A stretch of DNA of 64,000 bases from an uncultured Gemmatimonadales bacterium (lineage in GTDB: Bacteria; Gemmatimonadota; Gemmatimonadetes; Longimicrobiales; RSA9): assembly GCA_963783305.1 (NCBI GenBank), contig CAWAMW010000002.1:416001-480000 (forward strand), written 5' to 3'. The position numbers and the translations under genes are program-made. The notes beneath the pieces were generated by a model, which did no database searches, had not been told where the DNA came from, and saw only the letters and a program-made list of their open reading frames with translations. Below are positions 1 through 10,013 of this stretch, in pieces. Numbering within the stretch: position 1 is the first letter of the stretch; each line of letters opens with the position of its first letter.

Positions 1-893
1 GCTGTGGACTCCCGCAGGACCGCCACCTCCACGGCCTCCGCGCCCCCCACACGGGAGATGGTCTCCCGCTCCGACGCATCACGGGTCACCACGGCCACGT
101 CCGCCAGACGGACCGGCTGACCATTGACCGTCCCGACCACGACGTTCCGGATGTCGCCCACGTCCGCGAACTCGTTCACCGTCCGCACCACGTACTCGGC
201 CTCGGCCTCCTCGAGCACGCCGCCGGCCAGGTTGACGTTCTCCGCCTCCAGCCGCTGGGCGATCTGCTGGAACGGCAGGCCGAGGGCGGCGACTCGACCC
301 TCATCCACGTCGACCCGGATCTCCTCCTCGAGGCCACCCGTCACGCGCACTCCGGCCACGCCCTCGATCCCTTCCAGCGCCCGTCGGACCTGCTCCTCCG
401 CGAGCCATCGGAGCTCCGTGAGCGCGCGACGGTCGGTCTCGAGGCCGGCCTCCAGCGGGCGGGAGGACGTCAGCGCGAAGCGGAGCACCGGCTCGGTGTT
501 GGGATCGTAGCGAGCGATGGTCGGCCGGGTCGCCGCGGGCGGCAGGTTCAACAGGTCGAGACGCTCGCGCATGTCCAGCGCCGCGAAGTCCATATCGGTC
601 CCCCATCGGAACGCCACCGTCACGTCGGAGCGTCCGGGCCGCGACCGGCTGGTCACCTCCTGGACGCCCTGGACGATGGACACCGCCTCTTCCACCGGGC
701 GAGAGAGCAGCGTCTCGATCTCCTGGGGTCCCACCCCGGCATACTCCGTCTCGATGGTGACCGTGGGAAAGGCGACGTCCGGCAGGAGATCGAGGGGCAG
801 CCGAGTGAACGAGACGATACCGAAGACGACGACGGCCAGATAGGCCATCGCCACCGCTACCGGCCGACGGATCGCGAAGTCGACGACCTTCAT
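1..893 (-). CDS. RND efflux permease subunit (AcrB/SwrC family), runs off the left edge
   Basis: Manual translation from ATG at 893: MKVVDFAIRRPVAVAMAYLAVVVFGIVSFTRLPLDLLPDVAFPTVTIETEYAGVGPQEIE, a typical RND N-terminus. ATGA overlap with the adaptor stop codon. Confidence 0.93.
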   Translation of the reverse strand, partial: MKVVDFAIRRPVAVAMAYLAVVVFGIVSFTRLPLDLLPDVAFPTVTIETEYAGVGPQEIETLLSRPVEEAVSIVQGVQEVTSRSRPGRSDVTVAFRWGTDMDFAALDMRERLDLLNLPPAATRPTIARYDPNTEPVLRFALTSSRPLEAGLETDRRALTELRWLAEEQVRRALEGIEGVAGVRVTGGLEEEIRVDVDEGRVAALGLPFQQIAQRLEAENVNLAGGVLEEAEAEYVVRTVNEFADVGDIRNVVVGTVNGQPVRLADVAVVTRDASERETISRVGGAEAVEVAVLREST

Positions 894-2128
894 TGAGAGG
901 AGGTCGTCGACGGCTCCGGCTGGTTCGCCATGGCGCCACCGGGTCGGGAAACAGGTTCACCGTCGAGCTCCAGCAGGTTCACTGCGACCCCCGGCTGGAG
1001 GTTGTCCTGTCCGACCACCACGACCGTGTCCCCGGGCTCCACTCCGCTCCGGATCTCCACGCGCTCCGCCTGGTTCACGCCCAGCTCCACCTCCCGCTCC
1101 AGGGCGCGACCGTCGAGGATGGTGAACACGCGGGGCACCGCGCCATCCACCAGCACCGCCGTGCGCGGCACCGTGAGGCGCTCGTCCAGTGTCTCGGTGA
1201 CGATATCGACGTTCACGAACTGGCCCGGCCGGAGTCCGCCGCCCTGGTTCGGCTCGACCTCCACCACCACCTGCACGGTGCCGCTCTCCGGGTCCACCAC
1301 CGGACGGATCCTCGCGACCTCGCCCTGTGCCGTGCCCCGGCCCTCCACCCGGATCTGAGCCGGCTGGCCCACCCGGATCCGGTTCGCCTCCCGCTCCGGG
1401 ACGCCCACCAACGCCTCGAGTCGGGAGATGTCCGCTACCCGGAAGGCGGGCGTGCCGCTGTTCACCAGCTGGCCCCGCTCGATGAGACGGTGCGTCACCA
1501 CACCCGATATGGGCGCGACGATCACCGCGTTGCGCACCCGGAGGAGCGCGAGTCCGAGGTCCGCCTTCGCCACCTGTGCCTCGGATTCCAGCCGCTGGAC
1601 CTCCTGGTCGGAGATCATCCCGCGCTCCTGGAGCTGCGCGGCACGCGCCGCGGCATCGCCGGCGGCCGTGGCCCGCGCCTCGGCCTGCCGCGCCTGCAGC
1701 ACCCACTCCTCGCTCTCCAGTCTCGCCAGCGGCTGGCCCGCCCGGACTTCCGCACCCTCCTCCACCGCGATCTGCGCAATGACGCCCGTCTGCTTCGGCA
1801 GGACTTCCACCTGCTGACGCGCCCGCAGGTTCGCGGATCCGCGCAGCGTCACCTGCATCTCGCGCGGCGTGGCCACCTCGGCCGCCACGGGCACCGCGCG
1901 GCCATCACCGGGTCCGGCGCCCGGGGGGCCGCCCGGGCCGCCCCGGCCCGGCGGGCCGCCGCCGTCCGCACTCTGACCGCTCGAGTCGCCGCCGCACGCC
2001 GCGACGATCAGGAGCACCGGCAGGACGGCCGCGCCGGCTCCGAGGCGGGTGAGGATCCGGCCGTGTCGCCCCGTTCGGCGGCTCGGCGTCGGCAGTGTTG
2101 GGTGGTCGGGTGTGCTCAATAGGGCCAT
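890..2128 (-). CDS. RND efflux periplasmic adaptor (membrane fusion protein), probable lipoprotein
   Basis: Lipoyl-like/barrel-sandwich segments (VEEGAEVRAGQPLARL, IVAPISGVV, LRPGQFVNV); IVAAC lipobox-like motif; lies between TolC and RND genes. Start trimmed to MALLS at 2128. Confidence 0.92.
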   Translation of the reverse strand: MALLSTPDHPTLPTPSRRTGRHGRILTRLGAGAAVLPVLLIVAACGGDSSGQSADGGGPPGRGGPGGPPGAGPGDGRAVPVAAEVATPREMQVTLRGSANLRARQQVEVLPKQTGVIAQIAVEEGAEVRAGQPLARLESEEWVLQARQAEARATAAGDAAARAAQLQERGMISDQEVQRLESEAQVAKADLGLALLRVRNAVIVAPISGVVTHRLIERGQLVNSGTPAFRVADISRLEALVGVPEREANRIRVGQPAQIRVEGRGTAQGEVARIRPVVDPESGTVQVVVEVEPNQGGGLRPGQFVNVDIVTETLDERLTVPRTAVLVDGAVPRVFTILDGRALEREVELGVNQAERVEIRSGVEPGDTVVVVGQDNLQPGVAVNLLELDGEPVSRPGGAMANQPEPSTTSSQ

Positions 2129-2132
2129 CGGC

Positions 2133-3662
2133 TCAGCGCAGCGTCGTGCCCACGAGCGCCTCGAGCGCCGCGAGCGACTGGTGGTAGTCGTGGACCGCCG
2201 CGATCTCCGCGCGCTCGGCCTCACTCAGGTTGGCCTGCGCGTCCGTCACCTCGACGGACGTTGCGAGGCCGGAACGGTACTGCTCTTCGGCGAGTCTGAG
2301 CTCGTCGGCCGCCGTTTCCCGCACGACGGCCTGGAGCCGCGCGGTGCGGTATGCGGCGGAAACCGCCCGCAGGAGTGTCTCCGCCTCCGCCCTCACGCGC
2401 AGCTGCTCGCTTCGAACGGCAAGGCGCGCGTCCTGCGCGCCCACCTTCGCCTCCTGGATCCGCTGCTCCCGGTCCAGGCCGGAGAAGAGCGGCAGCGAGA
2501 TGCTCAGGCTCGCCGACCATGGCTGAGATCGCCAGTCGAACGGGAACCCGCTGTTCTCCTCGCGGTAGCGATCCTCCAGCTGCGCACGAACGGCCGGGTT
2601 GCCCGGATCGACACACGTCTGGATGGGGAGCCCCGCCGCCTGCCGGATCTGGTTCTCCTCCAGGCACGCCTCACGGCTCGACGCCATCCGGAGCAGGTCG
2701 CCCTCGACCAGCGGATCGATGCTCGCCGCCTGGGCGAGGTCCCCCCGCAGCCCCATGCTGGCGCTCAGGCTGGGCAGATAGCTCGAACGGGCCACCGTCA
2801 CCATGGTCTCGCTGGCATCCTCCTGCGCCCGCGCCGCCCTCAGTGTGGGGTTGTTGTCCAGCGCCAGCGCCACCACTTCCGCCTGATCCCAGGTCGGCTC
2901 GAACAGCGGGAACTCCGTGGTCAGTTGGACGTCCTCGTCCAGCGCCACTCCCAGCAGCTGCCCAAGCGCCAGGCGCTCCGCCGCGCGGGTGTTCTCCGCC
3001 TGGACCACCCGGACCTCCGCCTGCCCCTGCTGCACCTCGGCCCGGCGCACGTCCAGCACCGTCCCGGTTCCCACCTCGAGTCGCGCCTCCGCCAGCTCGA
3101 CGTGCTTGCCCGTGCGCGCCACCTCCTGCCCCGCCTGCACCAGCGCCGCGTCCGCCTGCAGCACCGCCAGGTACCCCTGACTCACGTCCGCTTCCAGCTG
3201 GCTACCCGCACCCCGCACCCGGGCCTCCACCGCGCGCTCCTGCGCCCGTGCCCGGGTCGGCTCCAGCAGTGTGGCACCGCTCAGTGAATAGCTCAGGCCC
3301 AGGTTATAGCTCGACGAGTACATCGCCGGCTGCACGCCCAGCCCCACCGTCCCGAAGCGGCGCTCACCCGAAGCCGAGTACCCCATCCCCATGGACGCCG
3401 ACGCCGATGGCAGCAGGTCGCCGTACGCCGAGCGCACGCTCCACCGTGCCGATACCAGATCGTTCTCCTGGCTCAGGTACGTGGGGTTGTTCTCCCGCGC
3501 CATCGCCACGGCCTCCTCGAGCGTCAGACGGCTCGGCACCTCCTGCGCGGACACGGCGGGAGCGAGCCCGATGAGCGCGACCAGCAGGGCCATGCCCGCC
3601 CATGCCGGCGTTCTGCCCGTCCGGGTCGGCGTCTGCCGACGCTGTGTGATGAACCGTTTCAT
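2133..3662 (-). CDS. TolC family outer-membrane efflux protein
   Basis: Signal peptide, LTLEEAVAMARENNP, two OEP repeats, YRSGLATSVEVTDAQ. Start MKRF at 3662 has a purine-rich RBS. Confidence 0.92.
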   Translation of the reverse strand: MKRFITQRRQTPTRTGRTPAWAGMALLVALIGLAPAVSAQEVPSRLTLEEAVAMARENNPTYLSQENDLVSARWSVRSAYGDLLPSASASMGMGYSASGERRFGTVGLGVQPAMYSSSYNLGLSYSLSGATLLEPTRARAQERAVEARVRGAGSQLEADVSQGYLAVLQADAALVQAGQEVARTGKHVELAEARLEVGTGTVLDVRRAEVQQGQAEVRVVQAENTRAAERLALGQLLGVALDEDVQLTTEFPLFEPTWDQAEVVALALDNNPTLRAARAQEDASETMVTVARSSYLPSLSASMGLRGDLAQAASIDPLVEGDLLRMASSREACLEENQIRQAAGLPIQTCVDPGNPAVRAQLEDRYREENSGFPFDWRSQPWSASLSISLPLFSGLDREQRIQEAKVGAQDARLAVRSEQLRVRAEAETLLRAVSAAYRTARLQAVVRETAADELRLAEEQYRSGLATSVEVTDAQANLSEAERAEIAAVHDYHQSLAALEALVGTTLR

Positions 3663-3781
3663 CCTGCCTCTCGATGCTCGATGATGTGATACCAGCGCAC
3701 GGACGGGCCTACACCGTCCCTCTCCACCGTGTTTCACGGGGGACGGCGAGGCCCGAGGCCCTCAGCGCACGCGTCCGGAGG

Positions 3782-4303
3782 TCAGCCCATGGGGCTGCTC
3801 CCACCCGCGGCGTCCGCCGGGGCCTGATACGCCCTGCCGTCGGGCAGCTTGCCGGTGGCGTTCAGCACCCAGCGGATGCATCGGTGCGCCACGTCCACCG
3901 GCTCCAGGAACATCATGGGGCAACCTCCATCCAGCACGGCCACGCCCGCCTCTCTACATAAGACGGCTGCCTCCTCCGAAACGCTGCCTGTGCCGAAAGA
4001 ACGGTGCATCCAGACGCGCGGCACGCCCGCCTCGATGCACTCCCGCGCCACCTCGACCGCCACCGCTGGATGGGTGGCGATGACCACTCCGTCCGGCCGC
4101 TCCGGCATCGCCGCGACGGACGGGTAGCACACGTCACCCTCCACTTCAGCCGCGCTCGGGTTCACCGGCACCACCTGGTACCCCGCCTGCCGCAGCTTCC
4201 GGTAGATGGCGTTCGCCGCCTGCTTCGGGTCTCGGGACACACCGGCCACCGCGATCCGCTCCTGAGCCAGGAACTCTTCCGCCGCTGTGCGCATCTCCTC
4301 CAT
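3782..4303 (-). CDS. CoA-binding protein (YccU-like)
   Basis: IAVAGVSRDP...VVPVNP...RVWMH...GGCPMM; AAAGGAGG RBS before ATG 4303. Confidence 0.88.
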   Translation of the reverse strand: MEEMRTAAEEFLAQERIAVAGVSRDPKQAANAIYRKLRQAGYQVVPVNPSAAEVEGDVCYPSVAAMPERPDGVVIATHPAVAVEVARECIEAGVPRVWMHRSFGTGSVSEEAAVLCREAGVAVLDGGCPMMFLEPVDVAHRCIRWVLNATGKLPDGRAYQAPADAAGGSSPMG

Positions 4304-4422
4304 GATCGTCCTCCTTTCGTGCCAACGCGACCCCGCACCCACCGCATTCCCGCCCCTTTCGAACGGTACTGCCGGGAGTTGGACGATGCTGTGGGGAAAT
4401 GGAGGATTCTGACGCGACCCGG

Positions 4423-5217
4423 CTACGACGGCTGACAGCCCGGGCACCAGTACGTGCTCCGGCCCATGTCCCCCTGGAGGAACCGTTCGATGGCCGTGCC
4501 GCAGTCGAGGCACGGCTTGCCCGCCCGCCCATACACCCAGAGCCGCTGGCTCGACGGCGTGGGCCGGCGGCGGAGCGGCACGCTCGTCCTGCGCCGGGTG
4601 AGCAGGTTGAGCCGCATGAGGTGCGCGGCCTTCTCCATCAGCGACCGCACCCCCTCCGGGTCGAGGTTGCCCACGGGCGTGCGAGGATGCACCCGGCACT
4701 CGAAGAGGACCTCGCTCTTGTAGACGTTGCCGATCCCCGCAGCCACCCGCTGGTCGAGCAGCAGGTCGCCGATCTCGCGACCGGCGTACCCCGGCTGGAG
4801 CGCTCGCCGGACTGCCTCATCGATCTCCGGCGGGTCCGCCAGCAGGTCCGGGCCCAGGCGCGCCAGCTTCGGGTGTCTCGCGGCGTCGGCCGTACGGACC
4901 ATCTCCGCGCGATAGGCGCCCTCGCAGGCGTACACCGTCGGTCCGACCACCAGCGTGACCGTGGCCCGCGCCGGGCGACGCTGCCGCACGTGGAGCCGCC
5001 GCCATCTCCCGTTCATCCCCAGGTGGATCCGCACGCTCCAGCCGCCCGCCAGGTGGACGAGCATGTGCTTGCCCACCGCCTCCACGCCCTCGACCTCCCG
5101 GCCCGCCAGCTCCGCGATCTCGCCCGCGTCGTGCAGCGCCAGGCTGTCGACGCGCTTCCCCGTGATCTCCCGGCCCAGGATACGGGCGACCCGGTGGACG
5201 GTATCTCCCTCGGGCAC
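4423..5217 (-). CDS. nei: Fpg/Nei family DNA glycosylase/AP lyase
   Basis: GTG start then PEGDTV (catalytic Pro-Glu), GKHML, HLGMNG, H2TH motif LLDQRVAAGIGNVYKSE, C-terminal zinc finger CLDC...WCPGCQ. Start overlaps the lhr stop by one base (TAGTG). Confidence 0.93.
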   Translation of the reverse strand: MPEGDTVHRVARILGREITGKRVDSLALHDAGEIAELAGREVEGVEAVGKHMLVHLAGGWSVRIHLGMNGRWRRLHVRQRRPARATVTLVVGPTVYACEGAYRAEMVRTADAARHPKLARLGPDLLADPPEIDEAVRRALQPGYAGREIGDLLLDQRVAAGIGNVYKSEVLFECRVHPRTPVGNLDPEGVRSLMEKAAHLMRLNLLTRRRTSVPLRRRPTPSSQRLWVYGRAGKPCLDCGTAIERFLQGDMGRSTYWCPGCQPS

Positions 5218-8200
5218 TATCGATCTCCGCTGATCCGCACGTACCGGTAGTCCGGCGTGAACCCGGCGGCCTCCATGGCCCCCAGGAGCGGGGACCGGAA
5301 CGCCGCCTCGCCGTCCACCGTCTCCAGGGAGAGCACCCGCCGCGCCTGCCGCGCGGCCACGGCGCGCAGCAATGGCAGCGCCCGGGCCACCCGGTCCGGC
5401 TCCACGCCCGCAAACGTCCTCAGGCGACGGCCGCGCCGGTCCAGGTAGAGCACCGGCGCGCCGTCCACCAGCACTACCACCGAGCCGGTGGAGCGCGTCG
5501 GGGCCCGACCGCTCGACTCGGTCAGCTCGGGCCACGGCAGCAGCCAGCCGTACGGGTTCGCCGGGTCGGTGGCCGCCAGCGCCACCACCTCCCCCTCCGC
5601 CTCCCCGTCGCGGACGCGCCGCAGCCGGTCCACCAGACCGGGGTAGGCGAACTGCGCGCCGCCCAGTCCCTCGACGAAGTAGCCGCGACGCACCTTCCCC
5701 TGCTCCTCCAGCGACCGCAGCACCCGGTACACGCTCGAGAACCCGCCGCCCAGCGCTTCCACCGACGCCGTCTCCCGCGCCACGACGCCGTGCCGGTCGA
5801 GCAGCGTCATCGCCCACGCGGCCGCCCGCTCCGTGGAGCTCACGGGCTGCCGGACCAGGTCCCGGACCAGCGACCAGCGACCGCCGGGGCCCGCCGACCC
5901 CGCACCGCTTCCGCCCGCCCGCCCCAGCACCTTGCCGGGACGCGGGAGCCCGGCGCGCGGCCGCCCGCCAGGTCGTCCCGGCCGGCCGGCCCGGCCGCTC
6001 CGCCTCGAGCTCCCGCGCCGGGAGGACGGCTGCGACAGATGGCGGAGTGCCGCGAAGGTGTCGTTCGTCACGAGCCCGCCCCACACGAGGTCCCAGACCG
6101 CCTCGAGGAGCCGGTCCGGGGACACGTCCGGCAGCGCGGCCGCGAGCTCGCCGTGAAACGAGGCGCCCCGGCCGTCGAGGTGCTCCAGGACGCGGCGGTG
6201 CCGGTCGTCGAACGTCTCCACCAGCTCGGCGGCGTCGTCCAGCGCGGGCGGCACGAGGAGGCGGTCCACTCGATCCCGCCGGTAGAGCAGGACCCGGCCG
6301 TCGTCGCTCCGGAGCGGGGAGTGGCCGACCCAGACCAGCCACCCCAACGACCCCAACTCGTCCAGCATGGCCGGGTGGAAGTCGCGCACCCGGGATGGCA
6401 GGATCATCCGCACCAGCTCGCGGTAGCTGAGCGGGATCCCCTCGAGCTGGATGAGGGCGTCCTCGACACTGTCATGGAGGTCCCCACTCACCCGGTGCCA
6501 CGACGGGAGGAACCGCGCGAGCACCTCCGGGTCCACCGGCGCCACCTGGCCCCGCAGCTTCGCAATGGTCCACCGCTTGACCTGACGCAGCACCTCCGGG
6601 TCCACCCACTCCTCGCCCTCCGCGCCCGGGCGGAACTCGCCCCGGAGGAGCCGACCGTCATCGGCGAGACCCTTCAGCAGCGACCGCACCTGCGCCGGCA
6701 CCAGACCGTAGCGCTCCGCGAGCTCCCCGGCGGTGAACGGGCCGTGCGTCCGGGCGTAGCGACCCAGCAGCTGCTCCACCGGGTCCGCCGCGGGCTCCAG
6801 GAACGCCGACGCCACCCCCGCCGGTGGCGCCACTCCCAGCGCGTCCCGATAGAGCGCCACGTCCTCCACGGCCACCCATGCGTCCCGCCCCGCCACGCGC
6901 ACGCGCGCCGCCCGGCGAGCGGAGCGCAGCTCCGCGAGCCAGCCCTCGAGTGTGCGTCGGGCCGCGTCGGCATCGATGTCGCTCTCCGCGGCAGTGGTCG
7001 CTGTTCCGCCCTCCACGCTCGACGATCGATGATCGAACCGCTCGAGCAGCTCTGCTTTCGTCAGGTCGCCCAACTCCCGCAGCACGTCGTGGAGCGCGTC
7101 CGGGTGCCGCGCCCGCCGACCTTCCGTCCGCCGCTGCAGCCGGTCCTCCACCTCGGTGATGACGTCGGCGTCCAGCAGCTCCCGCATGTCCGCCTCGCCC
7201 AGCAGCTCCCGGAGCAGCTCCATGTCCACCGAGAGCGCCTGCGCCCGCCTCTCCGCCGCCGGCGAGTCCCCCTCGTAGAGATAGGCGGCGACGTAGGCGT
7301 ACACGAGCGAGCGGGCGAACGGGGACGCGCTCGACGTCTCCACCTCGTGGACCCGGATCTCCCGGCTCCCGATCCGCCGCAGCACGTCCCGCAGCGCGGG
7401 CACATCGAAGACGTCCTGGAGGCTCGAGCGGTAGGTCTCCATGACGATGGGGAAGCTCGGGTACTGCATGGCCACGCCCATGAGCTTCTGGGCCCGGAGC
7501 CGCTGGGCGAACAGCGGCGTGCGGTGCCCGGGCCGGCGTCTCGGCAGGAGGAGCGCGCGGGCGGCGTTCTCCCGGAACTGGCTGGCGAAGAGCGGGCTCC
7601 GGGCCAGCTCGTCGATCACCCGGTCCTCGATCTCGTCCGGATCAGGGATGAGGCGGTCGAGCTCCGGCGGCTCATCGCCGGCGGCCAGGGTCAGGACGAT
7701 GCCGTCGTCGGACCAGACGGTCTGGACGTCATAGCCCACGCGCTCGCTGACCAGCCCGCGGATGGCCAGCGCCCACGGCGCATGCACCCGCGAGCCGAAC
7801 GGCGTCAGGATGCAGACGCGCCAGTCACCGAGCTCGTCGCGGAACCGCTCGAGCGTGATGTCGCGGTCGGTGGGCAGGGTGCCCGTCGCGTGCTCCTGGT
7901 CGGCCACGTAGTCCACCAGGTTGCGGGCCGCCCATTCGTCCAGGCCGAACTCCTGCCGGAGCCGCGACACCGCCGCCTCCTCGTCCCCGGCCACGACGCG
8001 GTCGCCGATCTCGCGGGTGAACGCGCCCAGCGCACGACCCAGCTCCAGCGGACGGCCGGGACCCTCACCCTTCCAGAACGGCAGCCGCCCCGGCTCGCCG
8101 GGCGCCGGCTCCACGATCACGCGGTCGCGGGTGATATCCTGGATCCGCCAGGTCGTGGCGCCCAGCGTGAACGTCTGCCCCGGCTGCGACTCGTGCACCA

Positions 8201-9824
8201 TCTCCTCGTCCAGCTCGCCCACCCGCGGGCCGTCCTCCCCCAGGTAGACGGCGAACAGACCGCGGTCGGGGATGGTGCCGGCGTTCACCGCGGCCAGCAT
8301 CCGCGCGCCGCGCCGGCCGCTGATGACGTCGCGTTCCCGGTCCCAGTGGATCCGGGGCCGGAGCTCGCTGAACTCGTGCGACGGGTACAGCCCCGACAGC
8401 ATGTCGAGCACACCTGTCAGCGCCGACTCCGGCAGCTCCCGGAAGTTGGCCGACCGGCGGACCAGCTTCGCGAGGTCGTCGACCGGCCAGTCCTGAACCG
8501 CCGCCATGGCGACGATGTGCTGGGCCAGCACGTCCAGCGGGTTGGTCGGGACGCGGAGCGGCTCGATGGCACCCTCCCGCATCCGCTGCGCGACAATGGC
8601 CGCCTCCAGCAGGTCGCCCCGGTGCTTGGGGAAGACGCGGCCTATGCTGGGCTCACCCACCTGGTGACCCGCGCGACCCACACGCTGGAGCCCGCTCGAT
8701 ACCGACCCCGGGCTCTCCACCAGGATCACCAGGTCCACCGCGCCCATGTCGATCCCCAGCTCCAGTGAGCTGGTAGCCACGATCGCAGGCAGCGACCCGG
8801 CCTTGAGCGCCTCCTCCACCTCCCGCCGCTGCTCGTGCGCAAGGCTCCCGTGATGCGACCGCACCAGCTCCTCGCCCGCCTGCTCGTTCAGCCGCTGCGC
8901 CAGCCGCTCCGCCAGGCCCCGGCTGTTCACGAAGATGATGGTCGTGCGATGCGAACGGATCAGCCTCAGGATCCGCGGATAGACCGCCGGCCAGATCCCG
9001 TACTGCCGCGTCACCTCCTCTTCCTCCGCCAGCATCAGCGACCCCGGCGGCTCCTCCCCCTCCTCGATTACGGCGAAGTCCCCGTCCTCCGTCTCCACCA
9101 CCGGCCGCGTCATGTCCTCCACCGGGACGATGACCTGCAGGTCCAGCAGGGGCGGGACGTGGGCGTCGATGACGGTGACCGGGCGGTCGCCGGCGAGGAA
9201 GCGCGCGACCTCGTCCGCCGGCCGGGCTGTGGCGCTCAGGCCGATCCGCTGCGGATCCTCGTCCGCCACCCGGCTCAGCCGCTCCAGCGACAGCGACAGG
9301 TGCGCCCCGCGCTTCGTGGCCGCCATGGCGTGGATCTCGTCCACGATCACCCACTTCACGCTCCGGAACGTCTCCCGCGCCTGCCCGCCCAGCAGCAGGT
9401 AGAGCGACTCCGGCGTGGTCACCAGGATCTCGCCCGGGTCCCGGATCTGACGACGGCGGTCGCTCTGCGGCGTGTCCCCCGTCCGCACGTCCACACGCGG
9501 ATGACGGTAGTGCTCCCCCAGCCGCGCGGCCGCCCGCTCGATCCCCGCCAGCGGTGTCCGCAGGTTCCGCTCGATGTCATAGACCAGCGCCTTCAGCGGC
9601 GACACGTAAACGACCCGGACCCCCGGCTCCGCGTCGTCCTCCAGCCGACCCAGCCGGTCCAGCGCGTACAGAAACGCCGCCAGTGTCTTTCCGCTCCCGG
9701 TCGGCGCGATCAGTAGCGTGTTCTCCCCAGCCGCGATGCGCGGCCAACCCTCGCCCTGCACCTCCGTGGGCGCGGCGAAGGCGCGGTCGAACCAGTCGCG
9801 GGTGGCGGGCGTGAAGTAGTCCAT
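5217..9824 (-). CDS. lhr: Full-length Lhr-family SF2 ATP-dependent helicase
   Basis: APTGSGKT, DEIH, LSAT, HHGSL, ATSSLELGIDMG, QRVGRAGH, plus Lhr C-terminal region (RRGYFVEGLGGAQF, DPANPYG); 1535 aa. Confidence 0.95.
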   Translation of the reverse strand: MDYFTPATRDWFDRAFAAPTEVQGEGWPRIAAGENTLLIAPTGSGKTLAAFLYALDRLGRLEDDAEPGVRVVYVSPLKALVYDIERNLRTPLAGIERAAARLGEHYRHPRVDVRTGDTPQSDRRRQIRDPGEILVTTPESLYLLLGGQARETFRSVKWVIVDEIHAMAATKRGAHLSLSLERLSRVADEDPQRIGLSATARPADEVARFLAGDRPVTVIDAHVPPLLDLQVIVPVEDMTRPVVETEDGDFAVIEEGEEPPGSLMLAEEEEVTRQYGIWPAVYPRILRLIRSHRTTIIFVNSRGLAERLAQRLNEQAGEELVRSHHGSLAHEQRREVEEALKAGSLPAIVATSSLELGIDMGAVDLVILVESPGSVSSGLQRVGRAGHQVGEPSIGRVFPKHRGDLLEAAIVAQRMREGAIEPLRVPTNPLDVLAQHIVAMAAVQDWPVDDLAKLVRRSANFRELPESALTGVLDMLSGLYPSHEFSELRPRIHWDRERDVISGRRGARMLAAVNAGTIPDRGLFAVYLGEDGPRVGELDEEMVHESQPGQTFTLGATTWRIQDITRDRVIVEPAPGEPGRLPFWKGEGPGRPLELGRALGAFTREIGDRVVAGDEEAAVSRLRQEFGLDEWAARNLVDYVADQEHATGTLPTDRDITLERFRDELGDWRVCILTPFGSRVHAPWALAIRGLVSERVGYDVQTVWSDDGIVLTLAAGDEPPELDRLIPDPDEIEDRVIDELARSPLFASQFRENAARALLLPRRRPGHRTPLFAQRLRAQKLMGVAMQYPSFPIVMETYRSSLQDVFDVPALRDVLRRIGSREIRVHEVETSSASPFARSLVYAYVAAYLYEGDSPAAERRAQALSVDMELLRELLGEADMRELLDADVITEVEDRLQRRTEGRRARHPDALHDVLRELGDLTKAELLERFDHRSSSVEGGTATTAAESDIDADAARRTLEGWLAELRSARRAARVRVAGRDAWVAVEDVALYRDALGVAPPAGVASAFLEPAADPVEQLLGRYARTHGPFTAGELAERYGLVPAQVRSLLKGLADDGRLLRGEFRPGAEGEEWVDPEVLRQVKRWTIAKLRGQVAPVDPEVLARFLPSWHRVSGDLHDSVEDALIQLEGIPLSYRELVRMILPSRVRDFHPAMLDELGSLGWLVWVGHSPLRSDDGRVLLYRRDRVDRLLVPPALDDAAELVETFDDRHRRVLEHLDGRGASFHGELAAALPDVSPDRLLEAVWDLVWGGLVTNDTFAALRHLSQPSSRRGSSRRSGRAGRPGRPGGRPRAGLPRPGKVLGRAGGSGAGSAGPGGRWSLVRDLVRQPVSSTERAAAWAMTLLDRHGVVARETASVEALGGGFSSVYRVLRSLEEQGKVRRGYFVEGLGGAQFAYPGLVDRLRRVRDGEAEGEVVALAATDPANPYGWLLPWPELTESSGRAPTRSTGSVVVLVDGAPVLYLDRRGRRLRTFAGVEPDRVARALPLLRAVAARQARRVLSLETVDGEAAFRSPLLGAMEAAGFTPDYRYVRISGDR

Positions 9825-9856
9825 GGGAGGCGATGCTACCCGCGCGGCGCGGGACG

Positions 9857-9959
9857 GTTCACAGGGCGGCTGCGCCGCCGTTCACGGTTCACGGTTCACG
9901 GTTCACGGTTCACGGGCCGGCGCCGTTCACGGTGCATGGTGCATGGTTCACGGTTCACG
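9857..9959. repeat. Heptamer tandem repeat (GTTCACG)n with GTGCATG variants
   Basis: Five perfect copies at 9880-9914; a second block of five heptamers at 9925-9959 (GTTCACG, GTGCATG x2, GTTCACG x2); a variant at 9857. Confidence 0.9.
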
Positions 9960-10013
9960 GGCCGGCGAGAACGCCGTGGCGATTGGCGGCTGGGCCTGGT
10001 GGACGGCCTGACC

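Noticed and set aside
5218..6342. Long N-terminal extension of the Nei ORF
   Set aside because: It overlaps lhr in another frame, and Fpg/Nei enzymes need the Pro-Glu motif at the N-terminus, which fixes the start at 5217.
5790..8768. 992-aa plus-strand ORF
   Set aside because: Antisense shadow of lhr, typical of high-GC DNA; no recognisable motifs.
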